Below are positions 52,307 through 61,703 of a DNA stretch of 64,000 bases, one piece after another. A program made the position numbers and the translations under genes. Location of the stretch: contig JBNGBT010000001.1 in NCBI GenBank assembly GCA_049903315.1, forward strand, positions 64,001-128,000. The letters run 5' to 3'. This DNA comes from Candidatus Cloacimonadota bacterium. Its GTDB lineage: Bacteria; Cloacimonadota; Cloacimonadia; JGIOTU-2. Under the pieces are notes generated by a model, which searched no databases, was not told the DNA's origin, and was given only the letters and a program-made list of their open reading frames with translations. Each line of letters begins with the position of its first letter. Within the stretch, counting starts at the first letter, position 1.

Positions 52307-54427
52307 CTAATTCAAATACGCTTTGTTAAAATAAAATCTATCACCTGGGAAAATCTGATAATACATCAACGGAGTTGCTCCGTCTTCATAGGCTTGTTCA
52401 ACGAATTCCATGTAATCGGGAGAGTAATCACCGGCATGCATAGGGAAGAAGATAGTCGGTTCAAGGATCTCAAAGGTTTTTTGAACTCCAAGACGTACTG
52501 CTTCATTATCTCCAAAATTACATCCGCTGATAGGCATGAAGGCAATGTCGATTGGTTTATTTAGTGATTGAAGATAGTATATCTCATCAAGATAATCTCC
52601 GGAGAAATCTCTTTGCCTGTTCGCGTGATCACCAGGGTGGAGGATATTTACACCATCTGCTTCTACCATGAAACCTACTCCAGTGTCATTTGAATATATG
52701 GATGTTATTTCTACACCATTTACATCGATTGTGGTCCGGGGCTCCATAACAATATAGTCTTCATTAGGTACATGCGGATCGAATCCCATTACATACGTTA
52801 TGTTTGGAACTGAATCATTCCATGTGAATATTTCCGGACTGTAATGATCTCGGTGTACATGCGAAACCAATACGATCACATCAAGATTTTCCATTTCATC
52901 GAGATTGAACATGCCATTGGAGATAGATGGATTGTCCGGAGATCTGTTCTGTCGCCAGTAATCAAAAACTAAGAGATGGTCTTTAGTTTTTGCAATCCAG
53001 CCGCTGTGTGTCACAAACCAGATATATATTTCTCCCTCTTGAAGTGAAGCATGTAAGAGATCATCGAGTTTCATGTCGGCAATAGAATCATTCTCCATGA
53101 GGATTTTTGCAATTTCAATATTGCCATGTTCGATTGCCAGATCAGTTGGAGTCTTACCATTGATGTCTTCAATGCTTATGTCACAACCATTCTCAACAAG
53201 TAATGTAACAATATCACCATACCCAAGAGCTGCAGCAATGTGAAGGGGTGTTTGTTTGAATTCTTCATTCTTAATGTTTAGATCAGCCCCGTATTCAATG
53301 AGTTTACTTAGAAAATCGGTCTTTCCCATTCTTGAAGCTTGATGTAAAGGAGAAGATTCATGCGTTTGACATCCAGTTTCACATTCAGAGTCCACGATTT
53401 CTATCATCGCATCGTTTTCAAGCAGAACTTCAAGAATTGATGGTTCATCACTCCACAATGAAAATTTAAGCGGTGTCCATCCATGATCATTTACTTTGTT
53501 AACATCAGCACCGAGTTCGATAAGATATGTTGCGACTTCAGTATTACCGCGTTGTGCAGCAATATGCAGGGGTGTTGTTCCAATAGAATCTTCAACCATT
53601 GGAGTTGCACCGTGTTCAATCATGTACGTAACGGCTTCCATTGGTGACTTTCCAGCAGAAAAGAACATGGTTGCTCCGGTCTCACTGCGATCATTATAAC
53701 TCAATCCTTTTTCCATGAGTAATTCTGCGATATCAAAATGCAGTCGGATAGTTGCCCATACAAGAGCTGTTTCTCCCTGGTTGGATATTGCGTGCACATC
53801 AGCACCATTCTCGATTAAATATTCGACAATATCTTTATTGCCCAAGATAGAGGCATACATAAGCGGAGTCACCCCCCACTGGTTTGATTGATCGATCGAT
53901 AAACCATGATCCCGGAGAAGTTTTACAATCTCGATATTACCGGAAACAATACCGTTCAGCATTGCTGTAGAACCGTTTACATTTTCTACAAATATTTCTG
54001 CTCCCTGCTCTAACAGGTAGTTCACAAGCTCAATATCTCCAGATTGAAGTGCAAAAAGAAGTGCCGTGTTCCCATTACCATCAGCTGCATTGACGTCAAA
54101 ACCATGATCGATCAGATATTCAACTACATCAAGATGCCCATTTGCAGCAGAGTTGTGGAGAAGGTTGCTGCCTTCTCTATCAATGGTGTAAATATCTGCA
54201 TCCTGTGAAATCAGATATTTCATTATTTCCAGGTTGCCACCAATTGCAGCGACAGTTAGAGGATCACAATAGCGGTCATCTCGTTCGTTAATCACATCGG
54301 GATTTTCCGTTATTATGTTTTGTATTTCTTCCAAATTGTTATCATTTATTGCTTCGAAGATTGTTGCTCCGATAGCGTGGGCTGAGAGGATGAGTAGTGC
54401 TGAGAGCACTATTATAAATATTTTCAT
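52307..54427 (-). CDS. Exported ankyrin-repeat protein with C-terminal metallo-beta-lactamase-fold domain
   Basis: Signal peptide; about a dozen G.TPLH.A/GADVN-type ankyrin repeats; SHVHRDH (HxHxDH), HPGD, FPMH. Confidence 0.88.
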   Translation of the reverse strand: MKIFIIVLSALLILSAHAIGATIFEAINDNNLEEIQNIITENPDVINERDDRYCDPLTVAAIGGNLEIMKYLISQDADIYTIDREGSNLLHNSAANGHLDVVEYLIDHGFDVNAADGNGNTALLFALQSGDIELVNYLLEQGAEIFVENVNGSTAMLNGIVSGNIEIVKLLRDHGLSIDQSNQWGVTPLMYASILGNKDIVEYLIENGADVHAISNQGETALVWATIRLHFDIAELLMEKGLSYNDRSETGATMFFSAGKSPMEAVTYMIEHGATPMVEDSIGTTPLHIAAQRGNTEVATYLIELGADVNKVNDHGWTPLKFSLWSDEPSILEVLLENDAMIEIVDSECETGCQTHESSPLHQASRMGKTDFLSKLIEYGADLNIKNEEFKQTPLHIAAALGYGDIVTLLVENGCDISIEDINGKTPTDLAIEHGNIEIAKILMENDSIADMKLDDLLHASLQEGEIYIWFVTHSGWIAKTKDHLLVFDYWRQNRSPDNPSISNGMFNLDEMENLDVIVLVSHVHRDHYSPEIFTWNDSVPNITYVMGFDPHVPNEDYIVMEPRTTIDVNGVEITSIYSNDTGVGFMVEADGVNILHPGDHANRQRDFSGDYLDEIYYLQSLNKPIDIAFMPISGCNFGDNEAVRLGVQKTFEILEPTIFFPMHAGDYSPDYMEFVEQAYEDGATPLMYYQIFPGDRFYFNKAYLN

Positions 54428-54492
54428 TATGACTCCTTAATGCTTTTTGTACATTAACCAAGCTCCCCTTGCATAATGGAGTTTAGCTATAA

Positions 54493-55152
54493 TTAAACGA
54501 TTCTGCCGTCGAGTAGATTTATGATCCTATTTCCGTAACCGGCTTTTTCTTCCGAATGGGTTACTTGAATTATTGTCGTGCCTTCTTTGTTGAGTTTTGA
54601 AAAGAGCTCCATGATCTCTGTTCCCTGCTCGGAATTAAGATTTCCAGTCGGTTCATCGGCAAGAATGAGTGAGGGTTTGCCGGCAATTGCGCGGGCTATA
54701 CCCACAAGCTGCTGTTGTCCTCCGGAGAGTTGATAAGGGAAAAGGTCTTTTTTACCAACAATTCTGAACTTATCAAGCAGGTCGCAAACGCGTGATTTGC
54801 GCTCTTTCGCACTTTTTTTCTGGTAGAGCATTGGCAACTCGATGTTTTCATATACGGTCAGGTCATCGATAAGATGATACTGCTGAAATACAAAACCGAT
54901 TTCAACGCGATGAAGGTTTGTGCGCTGTTTCTCATTGAATTTGTGAACTGGTTGTTCCTTGTAGAAATATTCTCCGTCATTAAGTGTGTCCAGCATTCCA
55001 AGTATATAGAGCATTGTAGATTTTCCTGCTCCGGAAGGACCCATTACAGTGACGAATTCACCTTTTGCGACATCCAGGTTGATGTCATTCAATACATACG
55101 TTTTTACGAAATTATTTGAATAGAATTTGAAAGCACCCCGCAGTTGTAGCAT
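54493..55152 (-). CDS. ABC transporter ATP-binding protein (LolD/MacB type), second ATPase
   Basis: GPSGAGKS, LSGGQQQ, ILADEPTGNL, VTH. Confidence 0.95.
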   Translation of the reverse strand: MLQLRGAFKFYSNNFVKTYVLNDINLDVAKGEFVTVMGPSGAGKSTMLYILGMLDTLNDGEYFYKEQPVHKFNEKQRTNLHRVEIGFVFQQYHLIDDLTVYENIELPMLYQKKSAKERKSRVCDLLDKFRIVGKKDLFPYQLSGGQQQLVGIARAIAGKPSLILADEPTGNLNSEQGTEIMELFSKLNKEGTTIIQVTHSEEKAGYGNRIINLLDGRIV

Positions 55153-55178
55153 AGTACTCCTTAATTTAATTATTTTTT

Positions 55179-55267
55179 ACCACGAAAGTCACGAAAGAGA
55201 CGAAAGGGAATTTAAGAGAAAATACTCTTACGAAGGTTGTATCAATATTTTCGTGTATTCCGTGGTT
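55179..55267. repeat. Intergenic element with 9-bp tandem units and terminal inverted repeat
   Basis: accacgaaa-gtcacgaaa-gagacgaaa ... tttcgtgtattccgtggtt (reverse complement aaccacggaatacacgaaa). Confidence 0.7.
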
Positions 55268-55279
55268 AAGCATTTTTCT

Positions 55280-55837
55280 TTAAATGATTATTACTGAGGC
55301 ATTGTTTAGAATGTTTCTTTTGATATATTGATAGAACATTCCGATCTGCTCAATTTGTGTGTCAGCCAGATTTATCACTGCTTCATTACCATTACAAACC
55401 GCAGTGATAAGCACTTCGTCAGCATGGATGATCCTTTTAAGAAATTCATCATTTACATAGAATGAGTTTGTGTGCATAACCGAATCGTTGATGATCAATT
55501 TCTCGTCTAATTTGATGACCTTCTCTTTTGATGAGGGTATACTATAGTTATCGAGTTCCAACTGCACTGATTTCAGTTCCGCCCATGTTGAATAAAACTG
55601 AGAGCAGTCAATTGTCATTAACCATTGATAAGTTTGATCTATCCTTTTGAATTCGAGGAACATATCTGCATCACAGATAGAATCTTCGTGGAAGATATTG
55701 ATCTTCACGGGTGAGCATTGATAATAAACGGCACCTTTCCCCTCGAGTGCATCACTTTTATCTATTATCTTAAGATTTGTAGATGCACATGCGGCAAGGA
55801 GTAAAACTCCTAACGTAATTGCTATTATTTTTTTCAT
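55280..55837 (-). CDS. Hypothetical lipoprotein
   Basis: MKKIIAITLGVLLLAAC lipobox; GGAGG RBS. Confidence 0.8.
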   Translation of the reverse strand: MKKIIAITLGVLLLAACASTNLKIIDKSDALEGKGAVYYQCSPVKINIFHEDSICDADMFLEFKRIDQTYQWLMTIDCSQFYSTWAELKSVQLELDNYSIPSSKEKVIKLDEKLIINDSVMHTNSFYVNDEFLKRIIHADEVLITAVCNGNEAVINLADTQIEQIGMFYQYIKRNILNNASVIII

Positions 55838-55855
55838 GAGACCTCCAAGCTATAT

Positions 55856-56149
55856 TTAGCATATAGCTTCCTGTGTACCATCCGGGTACATTATTTTCTT
55901 TTTTCTGAACATGATGGGGATCTTCTCTTTGTCGGGTGCACCGATTTGGATAAGCTCCCAATCCTTATCATAATCGTGAATGACTTTCCGCAGTACATTC
56001 ACTACTTCTTCTGAGCTTGCATTTGGATCTTCCCATTCCACAAGCTCGACGCGGTAGCACAGAGTTTTTTTCTTTCCATTGATGCGAACTTCGATCTCAA
56101 GATTTTGCTGTGCTTCCAATGTTGGTATATTTAATACTATTTCGCGCAT
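55856..56149 (-). CDS. Hypothetical small cytoplasmic protein (97 aa)
   Basis: Strong GGAGG RBS; globular composition; co-oriented in the operon. Confidence 0.75.
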   Translation of the reverse strand: MREIVLNIPTLEAQQNLEIEVRINGKKKTLCYRVELVEWEDPNASSEEVVNVLRKVIHDYDKDWELIQIGAPDKEKIPIMFRKKKIMYPDGTQEAIC

Positions 56150-56880
56150 ATGAACCTCCCGTTATTCATTATGCTAATCATCGTGTGATTGCTATCTGAT
56201 AACAATATGTTGTTTTTAAGTGTTACATGTGTAAGACTCTCCCGGGACCAGCCCCCAAGCTGTTCTTTGCCTGATAATTTAAAAGGGGCGATAAAGCTGA
56301 GATCAAGAGATGAATTCCGCGGATTGTTTTCAACAAGTCCGGTTATGGTAAAATCTGATCTGTTGTGTACATTCACCACTTTTCCGCTTGGATATTCATC
56401 ACTCAAATATAGCTCCGCTGTTTCTCTTGTGATCACGTGAGAGTGCAGCACGTGAAGCGCTCTTGCTTCGTCGCCCTTGATAAATGGATACGAGAACATT
56501 TTTAAGAGGACTGGTTCAGCCAGGAAGAGACGGTTATTGGAAAAATATGTATATTTATTTGAAATTTTAACTCCATTAAATGTATAAAATCTCAAATAAT
56601 GATTATATTTGTGAAATGTAACTTCTAAAATGGGTGCAGGACTATAAGGAACTTTTAGATTACCATATAGTTCATCTTGGTTGACAAAATAATCCTGATC
56701 GTTACAGGAGAGATTGTTCTTTTTTTCGAGCAATTGTGCAGAGTACAATTCACCCCGCACCCATGATAGAAGAAGGATGCATACGACCATTCCTATGGCC
56801 AATTCCAATTTATTGATGGAGGAAAATCTTTTATATCGCACTTTGTTTCGCGTCGGTGTTTTTAAATAATATTTGGTCAT
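56137..56880 (-). pseudogene. Truncated, degenerate permease N-terminal third
   Basis: MTKYYLKTPTRNKVRYKRFSSINKLELAIGMVVCILLLSWVRGEL...KMFSYPFIKGD...FTITGLVENNPRNSS; lacks the FtsX TM domains. Confidence 0.75.
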
Positions 56881-56881
56881 C

Positions 56882-59242
56882 TTATTCATATCTCATAGAC
56901 TCAGAGGGATTTCTGAGTGCAGCCCGAAGCGTTTGGAAGCTTATCGTTATGATTGCAATAAGCAAGCTGAGAATGCCTGCAAAAATAAAATATGTTATAT
57001 GAAAAGGTATCTTATAAACGAAAGTATTCAGCCATCTGGACATTGCAAGATAGGCAATAGGCCATGCGAGGACATTTGCAATAAGAACCCATTTAACAGA
57101 TTCTTCAGTTAAAAGAAGGACTATGTTCTTTACAGAAGCTCCCATGACCTTGCGAATACCGATCTCTCGTGTCCTTCGAGCTGTCATATAGGATATCAGA
57201 CCAAAAAGACCAAGGCAGGAGATCAGGATCGCCATTATAGTGAAGTAATTGAAAATAGTGAGCATTCTTTTCTCAGCACGGTAGAGATTGCCATATGTTT
57301 CATCCATAAATGAATATTCAAGAGGAGTATCGGGATTGATGTCATTCCAAATATTCTTGATCTGTGCAAGAGTGCCGTCGATATCTTCAGTACTAAGGCG
57401 GACAAAACTTACATATGCTTGAGAAGAGAGACTGATAAAGAGAGGTTCTATCTCAGTTTGCAGTTTCTTGAAATGAAAATCTTTAACCACTCCAATAATA
57501 TTATATGGTTTATTGTTTTGGTAATGATCAGTAACTTGTTCAGAGAGGGGGTCGTCAAATCCCATCAATGCCACAGCTGTTTCATTAACTATGATTGCAG
57601 AAGAATCGGTGGGCATATCAGGGGAGAATGCGCGCCCTTCTGCAAGTTCTATATCAAGGGTTTTGAAAAAGTCATAATCAACACGAAGCTGGTGCACGAG
57701 TACTCTTTCATCGTCTTGTTTTGTGCGCCAATCATAGCCATACCCGGAATTGACTATACTATATGGATATGCAGAACCTCTGCTCACATTAATTACTTGA
57801 GGAAGTTTAAGAAGCTCATGCTTCAGGGTTGTGTAATTTTCAGATGTTTGATCTCTGAAAGAGAAATTCAGCACCTGTTCTTTTGTATATCCGAGTTCCT
57901 TATTATGCACAAACTGTACCTGTTTGAACACGATAATTGTACCAATAATCAAGATAATTGTGATCACAAATTGGAGAATAACGAGTATTCTTCTAAAGAG
58001 TACGCCCTTCTTCCCAGCTTTGAGTATGCCCTTCAGCACGTTGATTGGTTTGAAACTTGAAAGTACGAATGCGGGATAGCTGCCGGCAAAAATACCGGTA
58101 AAAAGAGTAACTGCAAAAAGGAATACATATATCAATGGATCCTGACCGGAGAAGAATGAGAGTTCCTTCCCTGCGATATTATTAAATAAAGGAAGTAATA
58201 ATTCTACTATAACTATTGAAAAGAATAAAGAGATAAGGGAGAGGATAATTGCTTCTCCGAGAAATTGTCTGACAAGCGTATTCTTTTGTGATCCTACTAC
58301 TTTTTTGATGCCAACTTCTCGAGCCCTATTTTCTGCACGTGCAGTAGCAAGGTTCATGAAATTGATGCATGCAATAACAAGCACGAAAAGGGCGATCAAT
58401 GAGAACAGACGCACATAAAGTATATCTCCATGACCTCCAATGTCTGCAACATAATGAGAATGCAAATGAATGTCTGTGAGAGGTTGCAGGTTCAGTTTCA
58501 CAGGATAACCAACATCATGTGCTGCCAGATATCCTTCTATCTTTTCATCAAATTCAATCCAATCCACATTTTCTTCTAATTGGATGTACGTATAATAGGA
58601 GTTGGAGCCCCAGGATTCTAAATTTCCACCGAAATTTTTTAATACTTCAAAAGCCACAACATAATCAAATTTCAGGTGTGAATTATCAGCTACATTATGA
58701 AAAACTCCAGTCACATTCAGGATGGTGGAGGTATTTACCTGCAGCGTTTTCCCAATTGGATTTTCATCTCCAAAGAATTTATGAGCCATTTCTTCGGAAA
58801 TTACTACATTTAAAAGCTCATCAAACATAGTTTCTTTATCACCAGCTATTATGGGAAAAGTAAACATTTCAAAGAAGTTGGGATCAGCCAAAGTTATGTT
58901 CGCCTTGAACTTATCTTCCCCAATGTTGATATAACCAAAACCGTAGGTTTGGAATCTAGTAAAATTGATCACTTCCGGAAAATCCTGCAGCATTCCAGGT
59001 CCCAAGGCTGCTGGTGTTACAGCTACTGGAAATGGTTCACCTGATTGTTCCTGCATTTCCACCACACGAAATATCCTGTGAGCATTTGCATGGAAACGAT
59101 CAAAACTCAACTCATGATGCACCCAAAGGAATATAAGGATACAGCATGCGAGTCCAATCGAAAGACCGAGAATATTGATAAATGAATGCCCTTTGTGACG
59201 TTTAATATTTCGAAGAGTGATGAGTATTGAATTTTTAAACAT
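56882..59242 (-). CDS. MacB/FtsX-type duplicated ABC permease
   Basis: 786 aa; INFMNLATARAENRAREVGIKK; ends MRYE. Confidence 0.93.
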   Translation of the reverse strand: MFKNSILITLRNIKRHKGHSFINILGLSIGLACCILIFLWVHHELSFDRFHANAHRIFRVVEMQEQSGEPFPVAVTPAALGPGMLQDFPEVINFTRFQTYGFGYINIGEDKFKANITLADPNFFEMFTFPIIAGDKETMFDELLNVVISEEMAHKFFGDENPIGKTLQVNTSTILNVTGVFHNVADNSHLKFDYVVAFEVLKNFGGNLESWGSNSYYTYIQLEENVDWIEFDEKIEGYLAAHDVGYPVKLNLQPLTDIHLHSHYVADIGGHGDILYVRLFSLIALFVLVIACINFMNLATARAENRAREVGIKKVVGSQKNTLVRQFLGEAIILSLISLFFSIVIVELLLPLFNNIAGKELSFFSGQDPLIYVFLFAVTLFTGIFAGSYPAFVLSSFKPINVLKGILKAGKKGVLFRRILVILQFVITIILIIGTIIVFKQVQFVHNKELGYTKEQVLNFSFRDQTSENYTTLKHELLKLPQVINVSRGSAYPYSIVNSGYGYDWRTKQDDERVLVHQLRVDYDFFKTLDIELAEGRAFSPDMPTDSSAIIVNETAVALMGFDDPLSEQVTDHYQNNKPYNIIGVVKDFHFKKLQTEIEPLFISLSSQAYVSFVRLSTEDIDGTLAQIKNIWNDINPDTPLEYSFMDETYGNLYRAEKRMLTIFNYFTIMAILISCLGLFGLISYMTARRTREIGIRKVMGASVKNIVLLLTEESVKWVLIANVLAWPIAYLAMSRWLNTFVYKIPFHITYFIFAGILSLLIAIITISFQTLRAALRNPSESMRYE

Positions 59243-59250
59243 AATTTATC

Positions 59251-61671
59251 CTATTCATATTTAAGGGTAATAGAAGGATTGGTTTTTGATGCTTTGAGAG
59301 ACTGGAAAAGAACTGTAAGTATCGCTATAAGGAAAGCGATTATACCAGATAATACAAAGGTCAAGATCGAAAGTTGTGTTCTATACGCAAAGTTTGCCAG
59401 CCAGTTTTTCAGAGCAAAATATGCAACGGGCCACGCAATAACGTTCGCAAGAAGCACCCATTTTGTAAAAGTCTTGGAGAGCAATCCGACAATATTCTGT
59501 GAGCTTGCACCAAGTACTTTGCGAATGCCGATCTCACGTGTGCGCTGTTCGGTCGTATATGAAGCGAGACCAAACAGACCAAGGCATGCAATGAGGATGC
59601 TCAAGAGTGAAAATATCGTGAATATCTTTGCTAGTTTCTGCTCGGGAATATAATATTCATTTAATATATCATCGAGGAATTCATATTCAAATGGAAATTC
59701 CGGCATGAAGTTTTCCCAGGTTTCTCGCACAAAGCTCAATACCTCCTGCATATTATCAGGATTGTATTTCAGCACAATGCTGGTTTTAGGGAAATTTGTG
59801 GAGAATATTGTGATAGGAGCTACTTGATTATGAAGGGATTCGTAATTAAAGTCTTTCACCACACCGATCACTTCGCCGTCAAAAAGTGCGGTTCCGTCAT
59901 CTCTCAAACCAAGTAAAACTCGTTTACCAAGAGCGTTCTCACCCCACCCCATTTCCTTTACGGCTGCTTCATTCACTATAACTGCTTTTTGCATATCAGA
60001 AGCTAGACTGTCTGAGAAATTTCTTCCTTGCAGTATCTCCATGTGCATAAGACCAATAAAGTTTGCATCTGCAACAAAAAGGTTGAGTGGTTTCTCTGTC
60101 ATGCCCTCTTCAGCTTCAAGGCGCATTAAGAGTTTTCCGGTTATTCTCCCGGGAACACTAGTTGTGATAGCCGTTGAAAGTACATCAGGATGTTTTGCCA
60201 TCTCATCTCTGATGGTTGCCATATTCTGAACTGCGGTGGTATCCTGAACCGAGAGTACGAGCACATTTTCTTTATCAAAACCCAGGTCTTTGTTCTGAAT
60301 GTAATGAAGCTGTCTTGAGACAGTGAGAGTGCCAATGAGCATAATGATTGTGATCGCAAACTGGATCAGCACAAGAACTTTACGGAGCGTGCCACCTCCT
60401 TTACCACTCTTGATGCTGCCCTTAAGAACAGTGACCGGTTTGAAGGCAGAAAGATAAAGCGCTGGATAGCTTCCTGAGATAAATCCAACAACAATAGTTG
60501 CCAGCAGAATGTACAATATCAGTATGGGATTTTGTCCTATATCAAAGGAAATATCCACGCCCGAAATTTGGTTGAATGCAGGAATAAGCAGATAAGTTGC
60601 GATCAGGGCAATGATAAGTGAGAGGAAAGCCAGGAACACCGATTCTGAAAGGAACTGACGTATGAGCAAACCCTTTGCCGCACCTGCAACTTTGCGGATG
60701 CCTACTTCACGAGCTCGTTTTACAGACCGGGCTGTGGCAAGGTTCATGTAGTTGATGCACGCGATTATCAGAATGAAAACGGCTACAAAGATAAAGATGA
60801 ACATATAAGACGTGTTACCTGTCGGAAAGTCATACTGCATGTCACCAAGAAAATGAGTGTCTTTTATCGGAGTGAGACGTATATTCATACTCGTATTGAT
60901 ACGATCTCCCAGCTCCTTCATGTACTTGTCATAGAATTGCTGAAACTTGTCCAGCACTGCCTGCGGATTTGTATTCTCACCAAGTTTTATGTATGAGTAC
61001 ACACTGATATTCCAGAAGCCGTTAGTTGCAGTAGAATTATAATTATCAACTCCCATGAGTTCACGAAGAGTAGTCATTGAAGTGAGCATTTCAAAGTTTA
61101 CATGCGTATTATCAGGAAGATCTTTGATGATAGCAGTCACACGGAATGTCAGTCCATTACCTGCAATAATGGTTTCACCAATAGGATGTATGTCTCCGAA
61201 TATCTTTTCTGCAAAACTCTCTGTCAGTACTGCAGTGAAGGGTTCGGAGAGTGCAGTTGCAGGATCTCCATGTACAAATTCATATGAAAAGAGATCAAAA
61301 ACTGTGGAGTCTGCGAGGTACACATCATCCTCATAGATCTTTTTCTCATCATAAATGAAAAGCCGATTCTGCATGAATCGTAATCTTGTGGCTTCTTCTA
61401 TCTCCGGAATCTCTGCTTTCATGGTATGAACGAGAGGGAATGCAGTCAAAGCGAACTTATCCAACTTTCCCTGAACCGTGAACATCGATTCAACCCGATA
61501 GATGCGATCAGCATCCTTGTGAAATGTGTCATAAGAGAACTCATGCTGTACATAGAGTCCAATGAGCATAGCACACGTAATGCCGATCGCAAGTCCAACG
61601 ATATTGATTGCGGAATAGAACTTATTCCGGGCAATATTTCTGTAAGCTATCTTCAAGTAATTCTTCAGCAT
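59251..61671 (-). CDS. MacB/FtsX-type duplicated ABC permease (first of array)
   Basis: 806 aa; INYMNLATARSVKRAREVGIRK; RTREIGIRKVLGAS; ends LKYE. Confidence 0.94.
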   Translation of the reverse strand: MLKNYLKIAYRNIARNKFYSAINIVGLAIGITCAMLIGLYVQHEFSYDTFHKDADRIYRVESMFTVQGKLDKFALTAFPLVHTMKAEIPEIEEATRLRFMQNRLFIYDEKKIYEDDVYLADSTVFDLFSYEFVHGDPATALSEPFTAVLTESFAEKIFGDIHPIGETIIAGNGLTFRVTAIIKDLPDNTHVNFEMLTSMTTLRELMGVDNYNSTATNGFWNISVYSYIKLGENTNPQAVLDKFQQFYDKYMKELGDRINTSMNIRLTPIKDTHFLGDMQYDFPTGNTSYMFIFIFVAVFILIIACINYMNLATARSVKRAREVGIRKVAGAAKGLLIRQFLSESVFLAFLSLIIALIATYLLIPAFNQISGVDISFDIGQNPILILYILLATIVVGFISGSYPALYLSAFKPVTVLKGSIKSGKGGGTLRKVLVLIQFAITIIMLIGTLTVSRQLHYIQNKDLGFDKENVLVLSVQDTTAVQNMATIRDEMAKHPDVLSTAITTSVPGRITGKLLMRLEAEEGMTEKPLNLFVADANFIGLMHMEILQGRNFSDSLASDMQKAVIVNEAAVKEMGWGENALGKRVLLGLRDDGTALFDGEVIGVVKDFNYESLHNQVAPITIFSTNFPKTSIVLKYNPDNMQEVLSFVRETWENFMPEFPFEYEFLDDILNEYYIPEQKLAKIFTIFSLLSILIACLGLFGLASYTTEQRTREIGIRKVLGASSQNIVGLLSKTFTKWVLLANVIAWPVAYFALKNWLANFAYRTQLSILTFVLSGIIAFLIAILTVLFQSLKASKTNPSITLKYE

Positions 61672-61703
61672 CCGTTATCCTCCTGGATTTTTTTTAAGAG
61701 AGT

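Noticed and set aside
11745..54427. Calling the hydrolases beta-lactamases or the permeases macB resistance genes
   Set aside because: The motifs identify folds only, not substrates, so no gene symbols were assigned.
54458..54486. Possible hairpin aagctcc...ggagttt after ATPase 2
   Set aside because: Short imperfect stem, long loop and no U-tract; not a credible terminator.
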